From positions 372,001 through 436,000 of the forward strand of contig OZ025690.1 of assembly GCA_964019335.1 (NCBI GenBank): DNA of 64,000 nt, given 5' to 3'. The notes under the pieces are model-generated. The model did not search any database and was not told where the DNA came from. It worked only from the letters and a program-made list of their open reading frames with translations. Positions within the stretch are counted from its first letter, which is position 1. Each line of letters starts with the position of its first letter. This document shows, piece by piece, positions 1 to 11,850 of this stretch. The DNA comes from Diplonema japonicum (taxonomy: Eukaryota; Protista; Euglenozoa: Diplonemea). A program made the position numbers and the translations under genes.

Positions 1-200
1 AAAAGAGTGTTCTGGTGCATCCGGTGCCATGCTCAGTAGCGTGGTGTGCGCATCCTCCATTCCTTTCCTCCATCTAATGGTGTGGTTTTTTTTTTTTTTT
101 TTGCATACCCTTGCATTCCGGATGCCCCAACCCTATAATTTGCATTCTCGAACTGCTGGGAGTATTTATCCGTGACAGGCTTCGCAAGAGTATCACCCAT
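1..200 (-). CDS. Protein phosphatase 2C (PPM family), 5' part; runs off the window edge; one intron at ~74-108
   Basis: Manual splice across GTATG...TAG gives MGDTLAKPVTDKYSQQFENANYRVGASGMQG|WRKGMEDAHTTLL, the PP2C motif-1 signature (MQGWRxxMEDAH). Not in the ORF track. Confidence 0.9.
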
Positions 201-260
201 TTTCTTTTTTTTTTTTTTTTTTATATTATTCTTCCCTTAGCGTGCTTAGAGGGAACCGGG

Positions 261-293
<33 letters not shown>

Positions 294-330
294 TGTAATG
301 TAATGGTTTTTCTTCTTCCTTTTTTTTTTT

Positions 331-1431
331 TCAATGCATTGTTACGCAAAGTCCCTCGTCGCACATCGAAGCAGCAGGGAAAAGCAAACCCCGCACGTTA
401 TTGAAAGCCACACCAAAACAGTCATTATTGCGTGAGAAGCTGATGGTGCACTCCGTGAAGTCAAGACGAACAGTAATAGTGTCACCCGGGGCGCAGGCCT
501 GCCCGTACGTATAACACTGGGACCCATCCCATCTGAAACCATTATCCTGGAAACAGTAGGAATATGGTGTATTCCCAAGGTGTGTGCTCGAGAGGTTGTG
601 GGTGCTGCTTGTTACGCCCACCATCACTGTGGACGGGATAAACTCACTATTGTCCTTACTTCCAATTTGAAATCTCCACTCGTGCAATCCGGATGAAGCT
701 CCTTCAGTACACAACACTGTGGACCACCCTGGTATGGAATGGTATGCTGTTTTACAATCGGAGGAAATCTCGAATTTCGGGGAATTCTGCCTCCAAGTGG
801 GCGAGCTGATGGTGGGTTCCTCTCCCCCAATATGACAACAGCTGACATGCCGCCGAATTTCGCTTAGATCGTTGTGAAGTGTGGATAACTGGGCATGACG
901 CGAAATTTCTAGTTTCTCCAACCTAGCCTCCAGGTTCTCGTTTGCTTCTGTTAGTTTTGCTATCATTGCTGCGTCCCTTGCCCGTTGTATAACAAGCGCG
1001 GCGGTAAATTCTTTCGTCAGCAGCCTGAGATGCTCACCGACACTGGTTTCAGCATGGTGCTTGACATCCCCCTCGACACCTGTGAACCCACACCCCACAC
1101 AGCTGTAGCCGCATTCAATAGGTGCGAACCCGCATTTTTTCAAATGTTGAGTAAAGTATTCTGCGTATTTTCCTTCCCAGTCGCAGTTTTCGTTGCAGCA
1201 CTTGACAGGGATCTCGTTGATCTGCCTGTTGGCTCTGTGGTCGGGGCGCAAGCTGTAGTCCTTTCGTCTGCACAGCGGGCATTCTCTTGAAGTTTCCTTC
1301 GCTCTGTCGATGCACTCCTTGCAAAATAAATGGCCGCACTCCTCTGTTACCTGTGCTTCCCTTGCAACGTCTTTGCACACACCGCAACGCAGGTCGGCAG
1401 CCACTTCTTCTCTGTATTTTGGTTCGTCCAT
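331..1431 (-). CDS. RING finger / TRAF-type zinc finger / coiled-coil / SPRY (B30.2) protein, putative E3 ligase
   Basis: C3HC4 RING (CGVC...CGHLFCKEC...CPLC), TRAF-like Zn fingers (CCNENCDW, CGYSCVGC), C-terminal SPRY motifs (GLHEWRFQI, GDTITVRLDF, ISFSRN, LFPAASM). Confidence 0.85.
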   Translation of the reverse strand: MDEPKYREEVAADLRCGVCKDVAREAQVTEECGHLFCKECIDRAKETSRECPLCRRKDYSLRPDHRANRQINEIPVKCCNENCDWEGKYAEYFTQHLKKCGFAPIECGYSCVGCGFTGVEGDVKHHAETSVGEHLRLLTKEFTAALVIQRARDAAMIAKLTEANENLEARLEKLEISRHAQLSTLHNDLSEIRRHVSCCHIGGEEPTISSPTWRQNSPKFEISSDCKTAYHSIPGWSTVLCTEGASSGLHEWRFQIGSKDNSEFIPSTVMVGVTSSTHNLSSTHLGNTPYSYCFQDNGFRWDGSQCYTYGQACAPGDTITVRLDFTECTISFSRNNDCFGVAFNNVRGLLFPAASMCDEGLCVTMH

Positions 1432-1595
1432 GTTCCTCTTGACATGGTTTTTTTTTTTTTTTTTCCCCGAAAAGGGGAGGGGGGGAAGGTTAAGAACTCA
1501 CATATTGCACGCACGTACGCACACACCCCTTTCCCCCGTTGTGTAAAAACCGTTTTTTTTTTCTTTTTTTTTTTTCCTCTTTTTTTTTTTCTCTC

Positions 1596-1952
1596 TTAAT
1601 TCGCAATAAGCGTATTCCCCTTTTGAAAAGTAGCGCCGCTGCCACGGACCCGCATGGCTACATAGCTTTTGCTACCGTCAACATTGCGGCCTTTGCGTTC
1701 GACATCGTACACGCCTTTTGTGTGTGTTTTTTTTTTTTTTTTTTTCCCCGACACACACCATCGCTCAAGATCTGTGGGGCGATAAAGGTCCCCTTCTGAC
1801 TCACAAACGTCCCGGACCCCATTCCTGGGAGCCATGAGGTCAACCCTTGTAGAAAACCTACTCGCGAGTCTGGCCTCCTTAAGGTGTGTTACAAACAAAC
1901 AAAAGGCAACATACTGAACCCCCGGACTGCTATACACCTTCGTAGGTGGCAT
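1596..1952 (-). CDS. Small hypothetical protein, probably two introns
   Basis: GC-rich island. Splicing GTATG...AAG (~1879-1914) and GTGTG...AAG (~1715-1758) yields an open frame ending ...GATFQKGNTLIAN*. Start uncertain. Confidence 0.45.
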   Translation of the reverse strand: MPPTKVYSSPGVQYVAFCLFVTHLKEARLASRFSTRVDLMAPRNGVRDVCESEGDLYRPTDLERWCVSGKKKKKKTHTKGVYDVERKGRNVDGSKSYVAMRVRGSGATFQKGNTLIAN

Positions 1953-2085
1953 GTTGTCCCCACCCGCATCCTGACGTTGCGTGGTTTACCAAAGCCAGGC
2001 ACTTCCAACAAAAAATGGGGGAGGGGGAAATAAAATTACATGTTTTTTTTTTTTCTTACTAAAAATCTACAATGGGGATGGGGTG

Positions 2086-5031
2086 TTACGCTTTTTCTCT
2101 AGATGTTTGAAGAGCCAGTTTAGCTATCTCCCTGTCTTTTTCGGCGTTCTGCGTGATCAACTTTTCGTTGAGCTGCCCTTCCGCCTGCAGGCGTTCCACC
2201 GTGGCCCTGTACATGCTTTGGAGAGCAGTGTGCTGGTTTTCGTGCTCTGTTTCGGTATCTTCGAGTCGCTTGTGGGAAGAGTCCCTGTCTTTCTTCGCTC
2301 TCTCCACCTCCCTTTGCAGCCGTTGGATGTCGTCTGAAAGTGTGGCGACTTGGTTTTCGTGCTGCAAGGCGCTTAGTTGATGTGATTCTTTTTCGTTCCT
2401 CAGCTGGGATTCCAGCTCCGTAGCTCTCCTCTTTATGGCTGCAAGGTTCTCTGCGTATTTTTTGTCAGTTTGGGCGATCTCATCCTCCAGCCTATCGATG
2501 TTGGCTGTCAGCTTCGCGATGTCCTCTCTCTGTCCTGCGATGACGTTATTCAGCTCTCCCTCCGCAGCCCTCACCCCTTCTTTTTCTTCAACTGCCTTTG
2601 ATAATGCAGCCTCGGCCTCACCCCTAGCTGCGCGTGCCTCGCCCTCTGATTTTTCATTCGCCTCCACAGCAGAGCGTATCTTTCGCTGCAGTGAGTCGAT
2701 CGTCTTCATTGCCTCTGACACTTCGCCCTTTGCACCTTCCAGCTCCGCTAGCGTCTGGTGTTGCGCAGTTCCCAGCGCTGAGTGTTCCTTCTGCAGCCCC
2801 AGAAGTTCCTCCTGCACCCTCTTCGCTGTTGTGCTGTTTCTCTTCAGTACCGTCTCAAGCTCTGCAACTGCCAGGACAAACGTCACTTCAGACACGGGGT
2901 CCGCCAGTACTCCAAGCACGCTTTCTGACACGCCCTCCAAGTGCTGCTGCAGCAACGGGGCAATCGCCGTCATTGGCCGCACTGTCTCTGCGTAGCTAGG
3001 TGCGGGTGGGGGTGTAGGTGCCCTTATCGCACCCATGGCGCCGACGATGGCTTCACCCGCTTTCTCCACCTCAACTGCCATCTGCCACACCTCTGCCTTT
3101 GCTGTTGAGTACACCTCAGCAGCCGCACTGCGCACAGTAGAAACCTCCCCCAGCAAGCGGCGTTTCATGTTGAAAATCTTTTCCGCATGAATTGTCTGGA
3201 CCCTCTTCACCCGCTGCAAGGAGGCGGTGCACACACGGAGGGCCACCCGCACCTTGGCCTTGATCATCTTCGTGACGTCTACCTCGGACAAGTCGCCTTG
3301 GCAGCCGTCCTCAAGCAAGTCGCGGATCTGCTCTGTGCCGTGGCCGAGGTCCAGGCAGCGGAGCTCCATCAAAAGAGAGGCAATACCGTCATGCAGCAAA
3401 GTGTGGATGCTGGGGAGGTCCGAAGATGGCGGTGGGGGTGGCAGGGGAGATACTTCCACAGGCATGGCCTTCTGCAGCGTCATGACTTCAGCCTTCAACG
3501 CAGCGACAGCCTGCTCCGCAAGGGAACGCCGTTCCTTCTGCAGTGTGGCACCCCTCTTACTTTCTGTTAGCTCGCTTGTCAGGGACGCGACCCTTGCCTC
3601 CAGCATGTTAATGAGGTTGCTTTTCTCGATGTTGGTGAGCGCCATCTTGTCACGCTCGTCCTTGGCGGTCTCAAGCTTTTGCTGAGTGTCGTGCAGGGTC
3701 TTCTCCCAGCTGATCTCTTTCTTCTCCACCCAACCTTTTGTGTCCCGAAGAAGGTGCGTTTCAAGTTCATGCATTTCTTGCATGTGCGCGGCCTTGGGTA
3801 TGTAGTGCAAAGAAATGTCTTGTTCCTTTTCCTTCTCCTGTGCGGGCTGCTGTGGTGGCTGCTGCTGCTGCTGCTGTTGGCGTTCCTTTCCAATTGCGGT
3901 GGTGAGGTAGCTTTGAAACTCGGAGAGGAAGGCATTTGTGGCGTTCACATCGCTGTTGTTGGAGACGTTGCTTTGCCCTGTGCCTGCGGCGACAGCGGTG
4001 TTGGCTGCCTGCATGGTGTGCACAACTTTGAGAACGTCACTCATGTGCGTGCTGAGCAACGTGTGCATCTTGTGGTCAGTCTCCTGACGTGAAAGTTCGC
4101 TTTGAATCTTGCTCACCTCCATTTCAAGGGAGCCATGCTTCTCTCTCCAGCTATCCGCAGCCTGCTCTGCGCGCTGCCGACGTTGATTTGACTTACTGAG
4201 ATCGAGTTCTAGCGAGCGCAGTGCGTTCTGAAGAGAAGACGTATCCTGTGAATCTCGCAGTGAAGTGTCCTTGTCCCGCAGCGCTGCTTTGAGCTTCCGG
4301 TGTGTTGTCTTGAGCTTTGACATATACTCGTGCACAACAGAGCGGGCTTCAGATATACGTTGGACTTCATAGGGGGATGCGAAGATGGGGACGAAGAACT
4401 CCATACACCTTGAGGCAACCCCTCCAACTACGTCCAGCATGCCAGAGACAGTCAGTGTTGGATCGTATCTCGTGAGAAGCGATGTGATGCTTGCTGCGCT
4501 GATGCGGAGCGTTTCAAGCTGCTTTGCGGTCTGCGATGCGGCGTGGGCTTCCCACATGATGGAGGTCTCGTTCTGTTGTTGTTTTTGAAAATAGTTTTCC
4601 GGGACGATTGTTGAGTTGGCGATTTCTTTTCGGTATCTGTCTTGCACTGCTTTGAGGTTTCCTTCGGAGGCCTCGAGCCTGCCTTCCAGTTGTGAGATTT
4701 TTAAGTCCCGTTCCCACTCGGTCTCGCCCTTGCCTTCCATTTCGGTCTTGGTCTGCCGCAGGGCAGTTTCGACTTCACGGAGTTTCCCCCTACAGGTCTC
4801 CAGCTGGACTTCTAAAATTTTGTTACGTTCCGACAAACGCTGTACCTCTGCTTCTTGCTCGCCAGACACCACCCCGCGCAGCATTTCCACGAGCAATTCT
4901 TGCATGTGTTTCGCCGATGCTTCATCACGGCCCATCTGCATCAGGATTCTACTCTCGGCCACCCTTCCCACAGCATTTGTGACATCTCTTGCAATCACGC
5001 TCAGCCGGTGGTCAAGCTGGCCGAAGTCCAT
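2086..5031 (-). CDS. Large coiled-coil protein of unknown function
   Basis: 981-aa ORF rich in E/K/L/A heptads, with poly-Q and poly-P linkers. Confidence 0.8.
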   Translation of the reverse strand: MDFGQLDHRLSVIARDVTNAVGRVAESRILMQMGRDEASAKHMQELLVEMLRGVVSGEQEAEVQRLSERNKILEVQLETCRGKLREVETALRQTKTEMEGKGETEWERDLKISQLEGRLEASEGNLKAVQDRYRKEIANSTIVPENYFQKQQQNETSIMWEAHAASQTAKQLETLRISAASITSLLTRYDPTLTVSGMLDVVGGVASRCMEFFVPIFASPYEVQRISEARSVVHEYMSKLKTTHRKLKAALRDKDTSLRDSQDTSSLQNALRSLELDLSKSNQRRQRAEQAADSWREKHGSLEMEVSKIQSELSRQETDHKMHTLLSTHMSDVLKVVHTMQAANTAVAAGTGQSNVSNNSDVNATNAFLSEFQSYLTTAIGKERQQQQQQQPPQQPAQEKEKEQDISLHYIPKAAHMQEMHELETHLLRDTKGWVEKKEISWEKTLHDTQQKLETAKDERDKMALTNIEKSNLINMLEARVASLTSELTESKRGATLQKERRSLAEQAVAALKAEVMTLQKAMPVEVSPLPPPPPSSDLPSIHTLLHDGIASLLMELRCLDLGHGTEQIRDLLEDGCQGDLSEVDVTKMIKAKVRVALRVCTASLQRVKRVQTIHAEKIFNMKRRLLGEVSTVRSAAAEVYSTAKAEVWQMAVEVEKAGEAIVGAMGAIRAPTPPPAPSYAETVRPMTAIAPLLQQHLEGVSESVLGVLADPVSEVTFVLAVAELETVLKRNSTTAKRVQEELLGLQKEHSALGTAQHQTLAELEGAKGEVSEAMKTIDSLQRKIRSAVEANEKSEGEARAARGEAEAALSKAVEEKEGVRAAEGELNNVIAGQREDIAKLTANIDRLEDEIAQTDKKYAENLAAIKRRATELESQLRNEKESHQLSALQHENQVATLSDDIQRLQREVERAKKDRDSSHKRLEDTETEHENQHTALQSMYRATVERLQAEGQLNEKLITQNAEKDREIAKLALQTSREKA

Positions 5032-5119
5032 TTTCTTCCCCTCCTTTTTTATTTATTTCGATTTGGGAGGGAACCATCGGGATGTTAAAAAAAGAAAGGG
5101 GGTCTTCAGCAATAGGTTA

Positions 5120-6277
5120 CTACCGCTGAGCGTGTGAGATGGAAGAAAGAACCTCTTTGTACCCCGGTAGTATTCGTACCTCTGAGATGGACGTTTGCTT
5201 CTTCCGCGTGGTGTTTGTTTCGGTTTCCAGGACGAGCTCCTCGATTATCCGCGGCACCTTTGCACCGCTCTCCTTCAGAAAGCGGATGAGGGATTTTGCA
5301 CCGTCGGTGCAGTTTACCTGATTGTACAACCGGGCCATCGCAGTGTGCAAGTGGAATGTGGGATCGAGGGGAAGCGCGAGCTTCCAAATCGAAACCCCTA
5401 CCTGTACCTTCACATGAGCAGAAAGCGGCGCAGCCACCAACGCATGGATAAACACTGTGAGTGTATAGGCATTGGGTAGTACGGTCATGGACTTGAAGGC
5501 ATCTATAAAACCAGTGAAATCCAGCGCGAGTCTGTGCGAGTTCAACAGTGCCGTCCACAGTACCACGTCCGGCTCGAGACCCGCTTCTTTAGAAGCGAGG
5601 AAAAGCTCATTTGAAGCCTTCGTGTTGCCTTTACAAAAATGAATGAGCTTCGTAAAATTTTCCAATGTGAGTTCAGCCCCCGGAGCGAATTCCTCGATAT
5701 CACGCATTCTCCTGATTGCTTCGTTGAAAGAAGATGAAGACAAGACCGCCCGCTGCATCACCATCACAGGGTTTGTCATTGTTTTTGTTGCTTTTCTAAC
5801 AATGGCATCTCGTTGGTCTTCTGTGATGGCTACGTGCAACTCGGTGGATAATGAAGCTTCGGTGACTGGGAAATCTTTGCCTCGCATTTCTTTGAGTAGC
5901 TGTTCGACGGCCTCGCGGCAGCCTGCCTTGTGAAAGATCTTCACGAGGAGTTCGTAAGTCTCAGAGTCACAGCCGATCCCGTGGCTCCGCATTTGTTGCA
6001 TTATCATTTTCGCTGTTCTGTCACCCGCAGGCTTTTTCGCTAAAACCTTCAGCATTGTGTTGTAACTGATCACGCCGACCTCGTGGCCTGCAAACCTAAC
6101 TCTGTTCAATGTGCTCAGAATTGCGCCCATATCGTTGTTCACAAGAGATTTCAGGTACCTCGCTGTTGCTGAATCAGGGTATGTTTTTGAGTCGTCGATC
6201 GACGGCCACCGGTGGACGTTCCAACCGGAAGGGCGGAGGTCAGAAAATAACCTTGCTTGGACGCGGGTTATATTCAT
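5120..6277 (-). CDS. Pentatricopeptide repeat (PPR) protein, probably mitochondrial
   Basis: PPR-like repeats (VISYNTMLKVLAK, ETYELLVKIFHKAG, PDVVLWTALLNSH, PNAYTLTVFIHAL). Likely start MNITRVQARLF looks like a transit peptide. Confidence 0.85.
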   Translation of the reverse strand: MNITRVQARLFSDLRPSGWNVHRWPSIDDSKTYPDSATARYLKSLVNNDMGAILSTLNRVRFAGHEVGVISYNTMLKVLAKKPAGDRTAKMIMQQMRSHGIGCDSETYELLVKIFHKAGCREAVEQLLKEMRGKDFPVTEASLSTELHVAITEDQRDAIVRKATKTMTNPVMVMQRAVLSSSSFNEAIRRMRDIEEFAPGAELTLENFTKLIHFCKGNTKASNELFLASKEAGLEPDVVLWTALLNSHRLALDFTGFIDAFKSMTVLPNAYTLTVFIHALVAAPLSAHVKVQVGVSIWKLALPLDPTFHLHTAMARLYNQVNCTDGAKSLIRFLKESGAKVPRIIEELVLETETNTTRKKQTSISEVRILPGYKEVLSSISHAQR

Positions 6278-7511
6278 TTTTTTTTTTCTTTCCCCCTTGG
6301 GGGGGAACCTCTGACTTTTTTTTTTTTGTCCAGGAAGGAAGCAAAAAAAAAAAAAAAAAAAAAAGAAACAAAAAAAAAAACGTAGGTTTTCCCTAATAAT
6401 AAAATAAAAAATAAAAACAAAAAATACCAGCTGTGACATGGCTGTGAACTCAGGGGGGTGCTAAATAATTAAGGGGGGGAAACACTAAAGGTAATATTGT
6501 TTTTTTTAAAGAGGGGAGAGGGGGGGGAGGGGCTGCAACTAAACTGTGAACGAATTGTAATTTTCTTTTTTTAAAAAAAAAAAACTCTATGAGGGAAAGG
6601 ACTAAATTTGGGACCAAAAATTTTTCATTTTAACCCTATAAGTTTCTGCAGACCTCTTATTTTTATCCTGCAAAAGTTCGCCTCTGGAAAAAACAGCGTG
6701 GCTCCCTGTTGGCCGAGGAAGTGGAAAGGAGCAACGCACCCTAAATGGTTTACTCCGGGACTGACTCTTTTCCCCGTTTAGGGGAAAGAAATAAGTTCGC
6801 GATACCCTCCTTTAATAAATCATAGTTTGTGCATTTTTTTGGGGGGGGGTTGTTCTTTGATGTTCCCCATTTGCACAAGCTTTTTTTTATAATTTTAAGA
6901 AGTCGCAAGAGGCTTACAGCGGGAAGAAGAAGAAGAAAAAAAAGAAGAAAAAAAAGCACTCATAGAGAGATTCGTTTTGTTTCACACGGGGGAAAATCTG
7001 GTATTGAAAAAAAAAAATGAAAAAAATACAGACCTATCTAGGACCACTTGCACGCCGACTTTAATTCGTTTTTCTTTTTTTTTTTTTCCCCTTTTTTTCT
7101 TTCATTTTTTTTTTAAATATATTTTTCAAGAAACACCAGGAAAAAAAAAAGAAAAAAAGAAAAAAGAAAACTATCGTTAAAAGTGGCAGCGCACGTGTGA
7201 GTATGAAAAAAAAAAAAAAATGAAAAAAAGAAAACCAATAATTTTCATCTTAAAAAACCCCACACATGTTACAAATTAATAAAAAAAAAGGGGGGAAACT
7301 GGAAAAAAAAAAATAAGGAAAAGCGGAACCAGGCTTCTAGTTAGTAAGGTGTGCAAGGTTCAAATGGGGGTGGGGTTAATATCCATCAATCGCTGTGCTC
7401 CATTCTTTTTTTTCCCTTCCCCCCCCCTCCATTTCAGTCAGTGCCGCCCATCTTGGTGCGCTCGCGTGATCCCACTTGTAGTGAGTCCCTCACAAGCCTA
7501 GCAAAGCTGGC

Positions 7512-10500
7512 TCACGCCTTCTTCTCGGGCTTTGGAGGGCACCCTGCTTCTGCCTCAGCCTCGCTGACAAGCCTCTCCCTCGGCGGGGGACACAACTGGC
7601 AGATGAAGTCGAGGTTCTTGGAAGCCTTCTTGTACCAAACAAGAACATCCCATCTGTGAAGGACCTGTGCCTCCTCGTAGAGGCCATGCTCCCACTGGAT
7701 GCACATGGTCCCCTGCTTCGAGTTCTTCTTGTTGGTCCCCTCCCACCTCTGCTCCCCTTCGCCACCTGCGTTGTCGTGGTACAGCTCCTTGTCCTGCCCC
7801 AGTGACTCGATGAAGATGTTGAACGACTTCTCCTGCACCTTCGTCAGCGTTGCCTTGTGCGTCTCCTTGTAGATAGTTGTTTTATCCGCCTCCCACATCT
7901 GGAACTTGCTCTGCAGGTACAAGCAGTAGTACAGCACAGACGACTGGTCAGAGGCCTTCCGCGCCTCCTCCTTTCGTGTGTTGCACCGGAGTGCGATTTC
8001 CGACACGTCAGCCTCTGGCAGCAGCAAGTACCCGCTCTTGATGTCCTTCGGCGTCACTGAGATGTCCTCCTCGTTCACACCTGCTCGCAGCTTCTGTTTC
8101 ACCAGTGACTCGATTTCCAGGGCGCACTTCAGCACCCTGTGCACCACAAGATCCGCGTACCTTCTGATCGGGGATGTGAAATGCGTGTACAGGGGCAGGT
8201 TCAGCGCGAAATGGCTCAGTGAATGGTCCTGTGTTGTGGTGTGGGTTGTGTGGTGGCAGATACCGCAGACTCGCTCGTGCAGCAGTACTTGGCAAGCATC
8301 ATGCACCTGATGGTGAGTGCCCTGATGGCCTCGATCTGCGGATGCTTGATCATGTTCTCAAGCGAGTCACTGAGACCCTTCCCGCTCCCGACGTTGAGCT
8401 TCAGGTTCTGTTGCCCGAGAGCCTTCACAAGACTCTCGAACCTGGTGGCATCGGGCGGCGGGTGGTACCTGGCGAGGGCCACATCGGGGCAGTACTCGAT
8501 ACACTTCTCAGTCACCCTTGCATTCGCCATGACCATGAACTCCTCCACAAGCCAGTTGGCCTCGGAGGTCTCGTGCATGTGCCTGTTGGTTGTTGTTGTT
8601 TTGTTGTCATTGTCACATACCACCCCTTTGGTGCCATGTTGGAGTTGTGGTCTTCAAAATCAAAGTACATCTTTGCTTGGTTCAGGGACAGTGCACCCCT
8701 CGCATGCCTCGCTGCACGGATGTTCTCAGCAATCTTCCAAAGCCCTTTGACCGACTCCTTGATCTTCTCGATCGTCCACATGTGGCGAGAAGGAGGGATG
8801 TGGGCCAGGTCGATGCTCGCAGGATCGAAGTTCCCATCAATGATGCTCTGAGCGTTCTCGTAGGCCAGCTTGCACTGGTTCCTGATCACAGTCTGCCCCA
8901 TCCACTCGTTTGTGATATTCCCCCTCGAGTCCATCGTCCATTCCACCGTGAAGGCAAGTTTGTCACCCAAGGTGTTCAAGGAGCAGTGCTCCTCACACAG
9001 CTTCCTGGGAAGCATGGGAATCACCTTCTGAACAAGGTACACACTTGTTGCCCTCTTCAAGGCCTCTGCATCCAGCGCAGAGCCGAAGGGAACAAAGGTA
9101 GACACATCGGCGATGTGGACCCCGACACGGTAGTGCCCCCCGCCCAGGTCTTCACAGGACAGTGCGTCGTCCAAGTCCCTTGCGGTGGCGGGGTCGATTG
9201 TGCACACGAAGCGCTCATGCTTTGCACCCAGACGCATGTCTCTCCGTCCTTCCGCAAGAAGTCCAGCCTCGTCAGGGATCGGAACCTTGTCGGGGATCAC
9301 AGCCATGCAAGCCTCGTCGAACTCGTCGGTGTAATCAGTCCCGTTCTGCACAAGGATGGCACGCGACTCGACCTCCACCTGGTGCGCCGCACCGAGCAGC
9401 TTCAGCACCTTTGCCTGAGGGAAGAAACGCTTCTCCCCCCACTCTTTGAGCTGCAGGTACACCTGATGGATGTAGGTTAATGAAATTGTTGCATGCATAC
9501 CAAGTGCCCTTCTGCGTTGTCCATGAGTGGCTGGTATTGCCTCAGGTCGTTTTTATGCACCTCGATATGCGGATACCTGTCACGCTAGAGGGTGGGTCAA
9601 TGCGCATACTTTTCGTCATAGGAGGCGAACCTCACCCACGTCTTGTTTGCGGGGCCCATTGCACGTGCCACGTGCTGCGTCTGGTGGCCGGCTTTCCTGT
9701 GCAGTGTTGACGGTGGGAAGCTAACATGACATACCAGATGTGAACAATCCTCCCAGTCACAAGCTTGTTCTTGGCAAGTGAAGGCTTCGGGGCATCTGCA
9801 AGGGGGTCATCTTCGTTCCTGTTGATTTGTGGCTTTCAATTGTTCATCGCTGGTTTCATACTTTGCATTTGCTTTCTGCAAAACAGCAAGTGCCCTGCAC
9901 ACAGGCCTCTTCCCATCAGGGAGTTTCGACCTCTGGTCCTTGGGGAGCTTCATGTCTTCAGCCCTGCTGCGGATGTTCACACTAGTCACATCGGGAGCTG
10001 CTTCCCCCTTCCGCATCGCCTTCTCGTTGTCCTTCTCCTTCCACTCGGACTCGGGGCGGATCTCCACGATCACCACATCCCCCTGCAAGGCCCTGTTCCT
10101 GTCGCTCTTCTGCTCCACCAGGATGTCCACCCCGTCCCAGTGCCTCTCGTTCCGCACAAAGCAGATCGCACTGCTGTACTTCTTGTTCACGGCAAGCGTC
10201 CCTCTCAGGTACCTCCCGGACATCACCCCCTTGATCACCTCTTCACGGGAGATGTAAGGTGTGAAGGTCGGCTGGTTGTTGGTGGATGGTGTGCCGGGTT
10301 CGGAGCCGTTCCTCCTGGTTCCGGGTGTTATAGGAGTGCCGGCCTGCTGATACTGCTGCTGGGCCATGCTAGGCTTCCGGATGGGTTGGGTGAGGACGGG
10401 GGTTGTTGGTGTGCTCTTGTCTTTCTTGTCGCTGACGCCTTTAAGGATGTTGAGCACATTTTGGGTCATTGGGGCGTCGGAGGAGTTCGGCACAGCGGTA

Positions 10501-10982
10501 GGAGGAGTGGGGGGCAGGCCACGTCGGTCATACATACTCACCTCTGCAGGGGGCGGTGTTTCCACATTAGAGGGGAAGGAGGAAATGGGACTGGACGCAG
10601 AGTAACTGGAGGTGCTGTAGGCCCTCTCGCCACCCTTTCCACCCCTCCCACGTCCTGCGGGGGCGGGGCTTTCTACTGTTACAGGACTAACAGATGCTCT
10701 CTGGAGTAAACTCATTACAGAATGCTCATCGGGCCGTGGCGATCCCTCCTGACCTTTTGCTCCTTTCACACCTTTACCCATATTTCCCTTCCCTCCATCA
10801 CCCCTGCCAGGGCTGGCTGTCATTGCCACCTTCTCAAGACGTTGCGCGGTGGGAGGCACACCCCCCCTTCCCCTTCCTGCTGTCTCTACCATCTGGACCT
10901 TTTCCCTGCCGGCATCTTTTCCCAATAGCTGCTCTGGGGTACACAGTACTCCCTCACTTGAGTCGCTGTCACTGTCTGACAT
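7512..10982 (-). CDS. DIS3L2: DIS3L2-like RNase II/RNB 3'-5' exoribonuclease, copy 1 (long low-complexity N-terminus; 6 introns)
   Basis: [10 protein letters not shown] (cold-shock domain), [14 protein letters not shown] catalytic motif, [18 protein letters not shown]; no PIN domain. Introns 9819-9861, 9697-9734, 9577-9609, 9463-9500, 8583-8620, 8229-8263 restore the frame. A possible extra terminal intron could extend the end to ~7440. Confidence 0.88.
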
Positions 10983-11850
10983 ATTTTGTGTTCCTCGTTT
11001 CTTTTTAATACTTTTTTTTCTCTTCCTTTTTTCTATTTCGTCTTCCTGCTTTCTATGAGGGGTAGTGATGGTGGGCTGAATAAGAAAGAGAGATGGCATT
11101 ATGTGTTTGAAAGAAGGACAATTTGAAAAAAAGAAAATTGGGAAATATATATTAGAGAAGGAACAAAAAGGGGGAGGGTGAAAGGGGGGTGACGAGTGTC
11201 TTTTCCCTGTGCCACGCTCTCCCCCTCCTCCTTCCCACTCAGGCAGAGAGAGGAGAATAGAAAATATGAAATGAAAAAGGATAGTTACACGCCCGCACTG
11301 TTCCGTTGTCATTCTCTCTTTTTCTTTTTTTTTTTTTTTGTTTTGAAGAGAGAGAGAAAAAGAAAACCTTGGGTCACAATAAGGGTTAGAAGATGGTGGG
11401 ATCGAAACTAAGCAAGAAACTTGTTTCCTGAAAGCGGGGTAACTTGGGGTTTAAGGTTAGATTTTGTTGGTAGTTAAAAAAAAAAAAGTCTAGGGGGGAA
11501 AATAAAAGAAAAATACTGATTGGAAAAAAAAGAAACAAGAAACTAACTACAAGAAGATCTTGAAATTGCTTTCTCTTTCCAAGGGTCTTTTCTCTTCTTT
11601 TTTTTTCGCCCCCCCCTTTTTTTTCTTCTTCTTTTTGCTAGCTGATTTGGAGGGGAGGTGTCGCCAGGCACCTTTGGTGGCAATAACGCGACCATGTTGC
11701 CCCTTTGAAGTAAAAAAGAAAAAAAAAGAAAATCACGATGATGGGGAGAAGCTGTTAGCAACGACCCACTACCAAAAAAAAAAAAGAGAGAGGAATAGCA
11801 AACTAGAAAATACTTTTTTTTTCGTCTTCTTCTTTCCTCCTGTTATTCTT